From the NCBI RefSeq assembly GCF_031769215.1, contig NW_026782733.1, forward strand, positions 558,001 to 622,000: DNA of 64,000 nt, read 5' to 3'. The notes under the pieces are model-generated. The model saw only the letters and a program-made list of their open reading frames with translations. It searched no databases and was not told the DNA's origin. Position 1 is the first letter of the stretch; each line of letters begins with the position of its first letter. A program made the translations under genes and the position numbers. This document shows positions 13,955 through 26,039 of the stretch, one piece after another. The stretch is from Ylistrum balloti. Taxonomy: Eukaryota.

Positions 13955-14200
13955 TACATACAATAGTTGTCTGCCCTTCTCATTGATAACTGTTATCCAT
14001 ACAATAGTTGTCTGCCCTTCTCAATGAAAATAGTGGTTTTGTCTTCTTTTGATAAACAGTGGATAAAATCTGAAGTTGTCTCCCTTCTGAAAAATAGTGG
14101 GTGCATCCAATAGTTGTCTTTCCTTCCAGTAAATAGTGGTTAATATTTAAATTTGTCACACTTCTGATTTTAAGTGTTTAAACATTCAGCGGTTGTCTTT
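13955..14200. repeat. Decayed ~42-bp tandem repeat (caatagttgtctgcccttctc...)
   Basis: agttgtc..ccttc recurs about 6 times with divergence. Confidence 0.7.
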
Positions 14201-15424
14201 ATCCAGTAAACAATACAAAATTATATCAAATGTAGAATTTCAAATTCTACATATCTTGATAGAAAAAGTCAAAATTCTCTTTAACTTTAAGATCAGGTAG
14301 ATTGTTTTTCAAACATGTCATCATGATCAAAAACTGGCAGAGTAGTAAAACATGTACCAATTGTACTGTGAGCACAGAGAAGTTTTATAGCCAGCATCTA
14401 TCAATCAATTATACAAATGTCTCTTCCATGGTCACTAGTAATCAACTAGTGTAGTCTAATTATAGAAAACTGATAGATTGCCTCCAAAAGGAAATGTACC
14501 ATTCAGGAAAAGAATTATCACTTTTACTTTCGTTAAGATACACCAATCAGTTAATGAAGCAATTATTCAATTGAACAGTTGGTTACTTAATAAAGCACAA
14601 TACATTGCACAGCAACCAATTTAACATACACTAAAAATTTTGAAGGTGTCATTGTACCTCTTGTATAAATGACAATATGTTGCTTTTTCAAGTTGTTTCA
14701 AGGTGGGTTACTTCCAGGAAAACATAACACTGGATGACTTTTCAACTGGTACAGATTTCAAATATCAAAATTTAAACAAAACCCAACAATAGATCGGTTT
14801 TATGGTGTATATCCATCATATATTAAATACCTTATACACTGAAAAACCAAAAACCAAAACTGGACCATTTTTGTTCACACCAGGAAAATGCACACACCCA
14901 AAACCAAAGCATTCATCTTTTCACTAAGAAATCACAAATAATATCACAGATATTAAAAGCCTACAACAGTATCATCGACAAGACACATTTTGCAGAAAGG
15001 AGTAGAATCAATCGACTGAAGCTCCTGAACTGCTGATCATGCAGAGTTGACAAATATCACTGATTATGTAGATTCCAACATCTGCTGATGTTCCTTCTGG
15101 AAATTATGGGGTGCTTTAGCTGGCAATATCCAGTAATATATTTTATTCTCACATAATGATGGGGTAGGGGCACTTTACCAGCCTAAAACGTAACTCAATG
15201 ATGCTGTATTACCTGTCACAACATGTAGGAAGACGTAATCACTTGGGGAAGGAAAGGACTGATTTACTTGGAGAAAGTGATCATCACATTGAAATGGAAT
15301 TGTACTAAGATGAAGTCAGTTCTGTAGCATCACTGAATCATTGTAAAATGTCAATATCTATTAAACCCATGATATGAACTTATTTATGTTTTGGAGTCAC
15401 TATTTATAATGATATTTTTTATAT

Positions 15425-15530
15425 GTGTTAGTGTGTGGTGGTATGTGAGGGTGTGTGTGTATGTGTATGTGGTGGGGATGATAGTGTGTGTGTGTGTACA
15501 TGTGTGTGGTGATGTGTGTGTGAGAATGTG
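15425..15530. repeat. Imperfect (TG)n microsatellite
   Basis: gtgtgtggtggtatgtgagggtgtgtgtgtatgtgtatg... Confidence 0.85.
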
Positions 15531-17559
15531 TCAACATTTATCATTTGAAATTTTTTTAGTGTTAATCATTAATTTTAAGATGATGCACAATGTCAGCTTA
15601 AAAAACCACAGATAGGTTGCCAATAACCATTTAAACTTTGACATATCAACATTTATCAAACATTTCTTAATGTATCAACATTACCCAATACACCCACGAT
15701 GAATATATTTGAATCACATAAAACCGTTGTTTACTTTCAAAAAGTCATGATAAATCTTTTGACAACATTTAAAAAAATAAAATACAGTACAGGCAAAACA
15801 GTTTACCATAAACTGCAGTAAAATGGTATGTTTTATCATAAATGATATGATTTTCATGATACCAGTAAATCAAATGTATCCCAAAATTCCCCTTTACTCA
15901 TTCTCTAGAATATTATTTTTTTTTTACTCTAAGCTTTAACTATAACAAACCATTGTTTGTATATCATTTGTGTCAACAGTAATCACAGGTCAATGTGTTC
16001 TGTCAACATCTATCACATCGCAAATAAATATGTATCATGTATCAGTACTATTATAATCAATATAATTATATTCTTAGCTATTAAATGTAAGCAATGTCAA
16101 CATTTGTGAAAAAGATTTGAAATATTATCTATTTATAAATACATTTAATTCCATTATAATTGAAACCAGGTCTTCTGAAACTTAACCATTAACACTGTCT
16201 CATATCAAAGGTATATACACCAGGCTACATTCCATTATACATTCTCACATTTGTATCCATACTCGACAGAATTCCACGACTACTACACAGACCCAGTTCC
16301 GGCCATTCCACAACTACTACACAGGCCTAGTTCAGGCCATTATCTTAAAGCTTGAATACTCTTTTCTCACACTTACCATCTTGTCAATAATACAGAGACA
16401 AAAGGGTTATTTCCAATTAATTCTGTAAAGATGAAGCTGTTGTTATTCTTTATTCCAAACATTCCATAGGTGGATGAATTTTCACATCATGATTCACAAC
16501 TTCTACTACATCCACAAAAACTGATCACAACTCCAATAAAAATGTGTTGGAATTTTGGTAAAGTTTCCCAGGCAGTTTATGTTTACACCTCTTGAAAAAA
16601 CTAAAGAACATTTCACCAAATTATAGATGCATCCGGATGATATCTTCATTTGTACCAGAAACATGTATCAAGTCTACACACACACTTCTCCAGCATCAGC
16701 TACGACCTTATCTCTCAGCTTCATCATCATCCCCCTCCTCTCCCACCCCCTACCCTAGCTGCACAGCATTCCCCCTCCTCCCTGACGACAGGTGAAGGAT
16801 TCAATAGTATGTACTCAAAACATGATACTCATCACAGGCAGATATGTCCTATTCATCTCATAGATATAGATTTATAGTTTGGGGGCAAAACTTCTGAGAA
16901 GAAAACTGGGGAGGGATGCTGGTGTTTACAACATGTTGATGGTTAGAGTATTGAGTGTGTATATTTATAGGTGACTCTGACTGTAGTATTCAATGTTGTA
17001 GACCTTATCAGTGCTCGAGAATTGAGATCTACAGAGCTAAAGCCTACCAGGACATCGCTAACAGGGCCAATTTTTAAAACAGGCAAGGACCAAAATGTTC
17101 TGAATTAATCCTAACCAGCTTTAATCATTACATGAAGAAACAACAAATATCCAAACAGAGAACTGGAAATAATTATATAAATAGTTAAAATGTCTGAAAT
17201 AAATTCCTATTTACAGTAAAATGTAAACAGAAAAAACATCCTCCTGTATTAGTCCTAGAGATGAAAATTTTGAGAAAGAAGTTCCAATCTTTACTGTGGT
17301 TATAACAGAAAAGCTAACAGGACTTTACAGATTTGGGATGAAGAGCTTTGCTGTAGAACTCATCATCTGTAAGGATAGAGGTGTATATAGAATATAAGCT
17401 ATGTTCATCCCGTCCCTAAAGCTGTTTTATGAGTTGCCAAACATAATTAAAAGATCTTCTTTTTCTTACAAATATCACATTGCACCCAGAGAGCTTTCAT
17501 TCCCAGATCTTAAAAAAAAAAAAAAAAATCAAAGTCCATCCCAAAACATGTAATACCAC

Positions 17560-17732
17560 CTAGTACATCAACAAATCTACCGTCAGTTAAACCATTTTTC
17601 GAAACTTATTACAATCATAAGATTTGAAAAGTTTATGCAGTTGCACAACTTCCAAATCTATGGAACTTAAAGGAATCAGCATGAAAATTATAGGACAAGT
17701 TGTCCTGGGGAAGTTTTCAGACAGATGGACAT
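17560..17732 (+). mobile_element. Decayed non-autonomous dispersed repeat fragment (pearl/CvA-like) ending in a cagacagatggac microsatellite remnant
   Basis: aagtttatgcagttgcacaacttcc...gaaaattataggacaagttgtcc...cagacagatggac resembles, from memory, mollusc pearl-like elements with (GACA/GGAC)n tracts. Confidence 0.35.
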
Positions 17733-17734
17733 CA

Positions 17735-17985
17735 TATATAATAATTATAAACTTTATCTATTTACAATTATAAAACAAGTTATTGCAACTTATACTAATC
17801 ACTCTTGTTGGCCTACATGTAAGTGCAGGAGGGGTTTTACTGTAGGAGGAAAATGGAGTACTTAGGGAAAACCAATGTGGTTGGACAAGTGACCCCATAC
17901 CTTTTCACATCTGTCTCGGGAATCAAACCCTAAACGGCTAGGTGATAGGCATCGTGCATTGCTACTGTGCCATCCTGCCATCCGC
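17735..17985 (-). mobile_element. tRNA-derived SINE (V/Meta-type core), decayed
   Basis: Minus strand: A-box-like TGGCACAGTAG, B-box-like GGTTTGATTCCC (17918-17929), core ggttttccctaagtactccattttcctcc, AT-rich tail ...ataaagtttataattatta. Confidence 0.65.
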
Positions 17986-18655
17986 CACCCAACCACAGCT
18001 GGACAGATGATCACAGTCAAATAGGCAAACACAAATACTATAGATTTCCTTACATGTCATTTTCATAGTGTCTTCCTTTTTTATAAGTTTCATTAAATAA
18101 CTTTCTAAAGACAATTTTGTCTAGAGTGTCTGTTGTTTTAATCATAATACATGTACACAAAATGATCTAGAAAAATATCAATCTCCCGCAGAATGTACGA
18201 AAATTATCACAGGAAAATATCTCTGTAGAATTAATGATGAATCTACCCTGGAAACGCATCAGAGTCTTGTCGAACATATTTCTGGCAACATACAGCAGCT
18301 CTCCATAAAATGTACAGAAATTACTTGCGAAATACGTCATTTCCCAACAGACTTCTAGTAATGAATGTACTACCAATAGAATGGTGATAAAAACTAGACA
18401 GCATGCACGAAAACCATATTGGCAAGATTTAATGTTCAAAATGCTGACAAAACTATTACTACTAAACTACTCTTACTTGTCATAATTTCCCTGAATTTCT
18501 CTGAGAATTATATGGCAGCTGGCATAAAATAACGTCTTCACAGTACAAAGATATCTAGCCACTAATTAGAGGAGCCGGAATCTCATTCACAAGTTGACAG
18601 TTTTGAGCTGACGAGACACAACCCGACATGACGGAGTTGAACCATTCCTACTTAC

Positions 18656-18693
18656 ATCCAGGCTTGAGCTGCTGGCGGTAGGATCCAAGGGGG
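18656..18693 (-). CDS. Candidate alternative Caskin micro-exon (38 nt; (A)PLDPTASSSSLD if phase 1 to 0)
   Basis: Strong donor GAT|gtaagt, weak acceptor atttatttaag|; locally CpG/GC-rich; phase fits between exons 35665 and 10266. Confidence 0.35.
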
Positions 18694-19249
18694 CTTAAAT
18701 AAATACCATGGTTTAACGTAGAATCAATAGCCCTATGGCTGCCTCTAACAACATCCTATATATGCCCTTACTTAAATGTTAAAACCTCTTGTTGAATTAT
18801 TTCACTTTCATAAACACTTTTTCATAACTCACATAACAACTGACAGAAAAGTCTCCTGTTGAATTTCAAAAGATCAATAACATTTGGTAGCTGCACTTTG
18901 ACAAGCAATATTTTACTGATAGCTTATCACAGGAATGCCATGTATTTTTACCATAACCCATATCATCAAAGACATAGAATGAAATGTCTCCACACATGAT
19001 TCAGACAATTGTGTTTCAATTAACAAAACACACTATCTGTACTCAACATATGTTCAACTATGGCCCACTGGACCCTTTGTCTATCTACAGGAGTTTCAAT
19101 GAAATTGTTTGGCAGACAAGAAAGGCAGCCTGGCTACAGAATCGTCATAAACAAGCCAACAGTCCTTATCTTGTGATGGAAACATGCAATGCTAAGGTGA
19201 TCCATATCTAGGGATATGTATTCTATTAAAGAATGGTGGACATTACATC

Positions 19250-19860
19250 AAATCTATCCCTGAGTGATCTAACATACATATATCAAATCTATCCCTGAGT
19301 GATCTTATACACAGATATCAAATCTATCCCTGAGTGATCTTATACACAGATATCAATCTATCCCTGAGTGATCTAACACAGATACCAAATCTACTCCTCA
19401 GTGATCTAACATACATATATCAAATCTATCCCTGAGTGATCTTATACACAGATATCAATCTATCCCTGAGTGATCTAACACAGATACCAAATCTACTCCT
19501 CAGTGATCTAACACACAGATATCAAATCTATCCCTGAGTGATCTAACACACAGATATCAAATCTATCCCTGAGTAATCTTACATACAGATATCAATCTAT
19601 GCCTGAGTGATCTTACACACAGGTGTAAGATGTATCCCTGAGTGATCTAACACACAGGTATCAAATTTATCCCTGAGTGATCTTACACAAAGATATCAAT
19701 CTATCCCTGAGTGATCTAACACACAGATATCAAATCTATCCCCGAGTGATTTTACACAGAGATGTCAAATTTATCCCTGAGTGATCTAACACACAGTTAT
19801 CAAATCTTTCCCTGAGTGATCTAACACACAGATATCAAATTCATCCTTCAATGATCTACA
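19250..19860. repeat. 34-35-bp minisatellite (atctatccctgagtgatctaacacacagatatcaa), ~17 copies
   Basis: Direct reading. Confidence 0.95.
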
Positions 19861-20994
19861 ACAAGACTAGAAAATACTAAGAATTAACATTATTTAAGTG
19901 ACCTGCTTCCCGACATCTAAGCTGCTGAAATTTTGGTAATAAATTTGCCATTCTGGGGAATAGTTCATGTGTATTCAAACATCAAGGGATTCAGAAAGAT
20001 AGGAAGGTAATCAAACTAAGTAGGTCTGACCTATACTGAGAACATCACTGACCAGTAGTGACCAAGTCATACACTACCTAGTGAGTGTGGTATCACACCT
20101 CCCCACCCTAACCATATCCAACATACCCCCCTCCCCCTACTCCCTGCATGTAGGGAACAGCTAATAGACATCTGTTACAGACTTACTGGTGGTTCACTGG
20201 TTGCTTACTGTCCATTGGGGGTCTGATCTAACTCCTCACCAGACTGACCAGTACTAGTTAGGAATGTTAATAGCCCATAGTGTTGGGAGTGAAGATGACC
20301 ACAGGGAAGGTTAATGCTTGCCTATACGATTAGGCCTGCTTTCTCATCAATGGCAATTTAATATGAACACCACTGATTCATCACACCCACCAAGTCAAGA
20401 CATAAGGGAGGAAAATAAGCTTGATTTTCTTGGGTTTTTGTGTTTATTTTTTTATCTTGAAATTGATTTTTTTTTCTTTGGAAGAGGGGAGAGGAGCATG
20501 AGTTTAACTAAAACAGTATGCATTAAACTAGTTAAAGGATGCTTGGTGAGAAAGGTCAATTTTTATTGGGTCAGAAGGGTCAGATTCTAAGGAAAAATAA
20601 TATTCTGAGGAGTGAGGGTAGGGAGAGCTTTTAGTCGAGTGAGATCCAAAGCAATGTTCTGATATGGCATGATAAAGCACTGCAAGGCTAAACAATATCA
20701 ATTTGGCAACAAAATGAAGAATGTTTAGAAATGTAACAATAAGTATATCAAAATGCCACCGAGTTAACACACACTTCTGTTTTCAGATTGAGATTAACAC
20801 AACAGTATGTATTAGTGATAAAAGCCTACAAAATTTCACAAAAACAGGTCAAAACTTAAAAGCGGAGATCACTGGATAAATAAAAGCTGATGATGGATGA
20901 ACAACCAGACAGAAAGCTCAACAACACCCTATAACAACGTTAAAACTTCAAAAGACATATAACCAAAAGAATAATTCCTATCCTGAGAGAATTA

Positions 20995-21870
20995 GATGAG
21001 TCAAAGAACTTGGGCAGGTTCTACAGGAGTCTTGTCATAGGTCAAGGAATAGGGGTAGGTCTTACAATGTCTTAATGTTGGTGAGTCAAGGAATAGGGAC
21101 AGGTCCTACAGGCGTATAGAGGTAGGTAAGTCAAGTAATAGGGGCAGTTCCTACAGGAGTTTAGAGGTAGGTAAGTCAAGTAATAGGGACAGGTCCTACA
21201 GAAGTCTAGAAGTGGGTAAGTCAAGTAATAGGAGCAAGACCTAACCAAGTCTAGAGTTAGGCAAGTCAAAGAAGAGTTAGGCAAGTCAAAGAACTGTGGT
21301 GAGGCCTACCCAAGTCAAGAGTTAGGCAAGTCACAGAACTGTGGTGAGGCCTACCCAAGTCAAGAGTTAGGCAAGTCACAGAACTGTGGTGAGGCCTACC
21401 CAAGTCAAGAGTTAGGCAAGTCACAGAACTGTGGCGAGGCCTACCCAAGTAAAGAGGTAAGCAAGTCAAAGAACAGGGGCGAGGCCTACCCAAGCCAAGA
21501 GGTAGGCAAGTCAAAGAACAGGGGCGAGGCCTACTAAGTCATGAGTTAGGCAAGTCAAAGAATAGGGATGAGGCCTACTCAAGTCTATAGGTAGGCTAGT
21601 CAAAGAATAGGGGCAAGGCCTACCCATGCCAAGAGTTAGGCAAGTCAAAGAACAAGGGCGAGGCCTACCCAAGTAAAGAGGTAAGCAAGTCAGAGAATAG
21701 GAGCAAGACTTACTCAAGTCTATTGGTAGGCTAGTCAAAGAATAGGGGCGAGGCCTACTCAAGTCTCTAGGTAGGAGAGTCGAAGAGTAGAGATGAAACC
21801 TACAGAAGTCTATAGGTAGGCGAGTCAAAGATGAGGGGCGAGACCTTTCCAAGTCTATATTATCATCTAT
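20995..21870. repeat. Divergent 45-bp minisatellite (gtcaaagaacaggggcgaggcctacccaagtcaagagttaggcaa), ~19 copies
   Basis: Direct reading; source of the 15-aa periodic ORFs 21072-21939. Confidence 0.95.
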
Positions 21871-24379
21871 AGATCTTATCAGATAGTTAAAATTGAAAGT
21901 GATGAAGACAGGGAATGTTTGGACAGTGACAAAAACCAAAATCGAAGGAATCGAGCTTTAAAACGAATTATATGGATCCTGTCTTGAAAACATACTTTTT
22001 TGTAAACATGAATCTAAACTGTAAAATTTAATAGGCTCTACATAGTGATGAAATATCTCTGGCACCTCACCAAACAGGAAATAATCCCCACAGGTAGTCT
22101 GCCAGAACATCCAAACACAAAATTCATCACTACACTGTAACCACACATTCACCTCCTCATTAATTTCTGTATAATCTCTAAACTACCACAGGTTGTATTC
22201 TACTGTAGTTTGAGATTAGCAGTGTGTTACCTTGGCCGACACAAATGCAATCTCCACGACAACTGCAGAAAACCTGGTGGAGAATTCTTATTGCCATCGA
22301 CTTCACAACTGTACTTTTTTCCATAAACATTGGACAATTTCCAATGAAATTGCCTGCATGATTGGAAAGTTATCAGAAATGGATGGATACAAAAGCAAGC
22401 TGGCTTGACTATGTCAGATAGTTGTTACCATGAACTGTCAGACGACGTGTATCTATACTATACAGTGCATCAAAACCCCCTCACAGCACATATAAACTGC
22501 CAGTTATCTTTCTATAGATATTGTCCAATTTTTCATGTAATTCATGAATATTGCTGGCTGATTATCGGTCCAGCTGACTCCATCCAACAGCTTTTACAAA
22601 CATTACGGCTGTGTTTTTGTGCCTACTCGTCGCTATAATCCACAGTTTTGTAGAGCTTCATAAACGCTGAATCCTAAAACATTGCAATTAGAAACCATTT
22701 CCAGCAAAACAAGATCACACTACAGCAACACTTATCATTGATATGGAACTATTATAGAACTATGCCTGTTTAGTTCAGGAGGTAGATTTCCAAACACCAT
22801 CGAATGTTACTTCTTATAAACAAACTGCTTCACTGATGTAATTACAGTTACAAAATCACCTCAGTACAATCTACATGGAAAAACAAGTCACCTGATCAAC
22901 CAAGTAAAAGTATGAAAATGACCACATGGTACAATTAGATAGCCAAATGATACTATCAGACAGTCACATGATACAAAGAAACAGTCACATGACAAGTCAC
23001 ATGATACAACAAAATTGACAGATGACATCATGAAAAGTTACGATTCAATAAGATCATTACATAATACAATTAATAGTCAGATTACAACAAAATGGTAGCA
23101 TAACACACTCAAATATCCAATATAACAGTAACATTACAAAGACCTGAAGTTTCTGTTTCTCCATCAATCACACATCAAAAGCTAAGAAGTTGTTTCATGA
23201 AATCATCAAATAACACAAAGTCAAGTTATGTTAACAATAGATATAACACACATGTATGTAATATATAGAATAAGTGAAATACTTCTCCATGTGAAATTTC
23301 AACATAACACAGAACTCTATTATCACCAGTATAATCAGTAACTGGCCTCACTGGAATTTATAAGAAATTCTTACAAGGAAATCTGAGACTTAACCAAGTA
23401 AGGACTTCTATTCCAAAAATCGCTCCATGTGAAAAAAAAAGTTATTCAATTTTATTTTTATTTCATTGTGAAATTCTAGTCTCAGAGATAATGTCTAAGA
23501 ATAAAGAAAATGATTAAATATGAAATATAGGTGAGGTTATAAAGAGACTTTGTAGAAATATCAGCAGGCATTAATCCTCTTGGTGATCAATGATCATCAT
23601 TTATCAAAGATCAATTCTAGTTATGTGAAATCAGATTCCACTTCACAACAAAATTTGATGTGCCTCATGTATGCTATACCATGTTAAGGGAATGAACTTT
23701 GAATGGCTAACATGCTTGGTTATAAATTTGAGATGTTTTTCACAGTTTGAGAACAGAGTAATTACCTCTACTCCTGGGTGGCCATCTGTTCTACTCAACA
23801 TCTTTAAGAAGCTTATCGTCAGGCTTCATTTACCAATATATACAGCTTTGATTCAATCATTCAAAAGATCATGAATTCAACTTTAAATTTCGTGAGATCA
23901 TAAAATAGCCCAAATAAAGGTGTTCGAAAGCAAAGCAAGTGTATTTTCTATATAAGATAGCTGTTTACAATGAATGTTCTGATAGGTCAGTCATCCCAAG
24001 TCATCTTCCTCTTTTTTTTTTTTTTTTTTTGAACAGCATGGGCGAATAAAAGGATCCAATACATTAATAGCATTACAGGTTGATAGATGTCATTTCCACT
24101 GTACATAGAATATTCACACAATCAACAATATGGTATGTATATTCAGCAGAATTTCTGCTAACACTTTGGCAGCTTTCGTCCAAAGAAATGTTTTTACTAA
24201 AATGTTAACCTTACATTTTATGACCTCTAAAAACAAGATATTTTTACTATCTAGTAAAGCAAAGATGTTTAAACCTCAAATGTACCCTGCTGTTACAGTA
24301 TCTATATGCCTTATCTATTTCCATAAGTAAACTTTTAAGTTCAATCTGGATAAATGGACAAGAGCCTTGCAACCAAGCA

Positions 24380-25850
24380 GAAGTTGTATGACCCTGTTGT
24401 ATGAAGCTGTAAGGAATGCAGGTGTGAAGAGTGCTCTTGAAGTACCCTCAAGTACAAAGCTTAGTGTATATGTAGGTATATGTAGACTTAAATTACATGA
24501 CCCTTGGGTGTGAAGCTGAGTGAAAGTCAGAGAAGACATTTGTGATCCTTTGAAAGAGAGGTGAGTGTAGGTCTTGCTGAATCTTGGGTATAAAGCTGAG
24601 TGTTAGTCTGCATGAGAAAACTACATAACCTTGTCTTGGAAAGTGGAGGACTGCGGGAGAAGACTTATTGACCCTCAGGTATAAAGCTAGTGTCAGTCTG
24701 AGAGAGTAGACTACATAACCTTGGGTAGGGAAGTGGGTGTAGGGCTGCGGGAGTAGAATTATTGACCCTCAGGTATAAAGCTGAGTGTCAGTCTGAGGGA
24801 GTAGACTACATAACCTTGGGTAGGGAAGTGGGTGTAGGGCCGCGGGAGTAGACTTATTGACCCTCAGGTATAAAGCTAGTGTCAGTCTGAGGGAGTAGAC
24901 TACATAACCTTGAGTAGGGAAGTGGGTGTAGGGCCGCGGGAGTAGACTTATTGACTCTCATGTATAAAGCTGAGTGTCAGTCTGAGGGAGTAGACTACAT
25001 AACCTTGTGTAGGAAGGTAGGTGTAGGGCTGCGGGAGTAGACTTATTGACCCTCCTTGAGGTAGACTACATAACCTTGAGTAGGGAAGTGGGTGTAGGGC
25101 TGCGGGAGTAGACTTATTGACCCTCAGGTATAAAGCTGAGTGTCAGTCTGAGAGAGTAGACTACATAACCTTGGGTAGGAAGGTAGGTGTAGGGGTGCGG
25201 AGTAGACTTATTGACCCTCAGGTATAAATCTAGTGTCAGTCTGAGAGAGTAGACTACATAACCTTGGGTAGGAAGGTAGGTGTAGGGCTGCGGGAGTAGA
25301 CTTATTGACCCTCCTTGAGGTATAAAGCTGAGTGTCAGTGAGGGAGTAGACTACATAACCTTGTCAGTGAGAGAGGACTACATAAGGTAGGTGTAGGGCT
25401 GCGGGAGTAGACTTATTGACCCTCAGGTATAAATCTAGTGTCAGTCTGAGAGAGTAGACTACATAACCTTGGGTAGGGAGGTTGGTGTAGGGCTGCGGGA
25501 GTAGACTTATTGACCCTCCTTGAGGTAGACTACATAACCTTGAGTAGGGAAGTGGGTGTAGGGCTGCGGGAGTAGACTTATTGACCCTCAGGAATGGAGC
25601 TGAGTGTCAGTCTGAGGGAGTAGACTACATAACCTTGAGTAGGGAAGTGGGTGTAGGGCCGCGGGAGTAGACTTATTGACTCTCAGGTATAAAGCTGAGT
25701 GTCAGTCTGAGGGAGTAGACTACATAACCTTGGGTAGGGAGGTAGGTGTAGGGCTGCGGGAGTAGACTTATTGACTCTCAGGTATAAAGCTGAGTGTCAG
25801 TCTGAGGGAGTAGACTGACCCTCATAACCTGAGTGTCAGGGACAATATAT
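24380..25850. repeat. ~95-bp dimeric satellite (two diverged ~48-bp halves), decaying toward 24380
   Basis: Half A gtctgagggagtagactacataaccttgggtagggaagtgggtgtagg; half B gctgcgggagtagacttattgaccctcaggtataaagctgagtgtca. Confidence 0.9.
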
Positions 25851-26039
25851 ATATGGTTCTCATGTAGGGCATCAGCGGGAGTAGACTTATTGACTCTCAT
25901 TGGGTATAAAGCTAGTGTCAGTCTGAGGGAGTAGATTACAGACCTTGGGTAGGGAGGTATAGGTGTGAGGGCTGCAAGACATTGGGTAGATATATATATG
26001 GTCTCATGTATACAAGACTGAGAGGGATAGGTATAGTCT

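Noticed and set aside
16650-16877. Plus-strand Pro/His-rich ORF with a donor-like CAG|gtgaag
   Set aside because: No partner exons were found on the plus strand; a C-rich low-complexity tract explains it.
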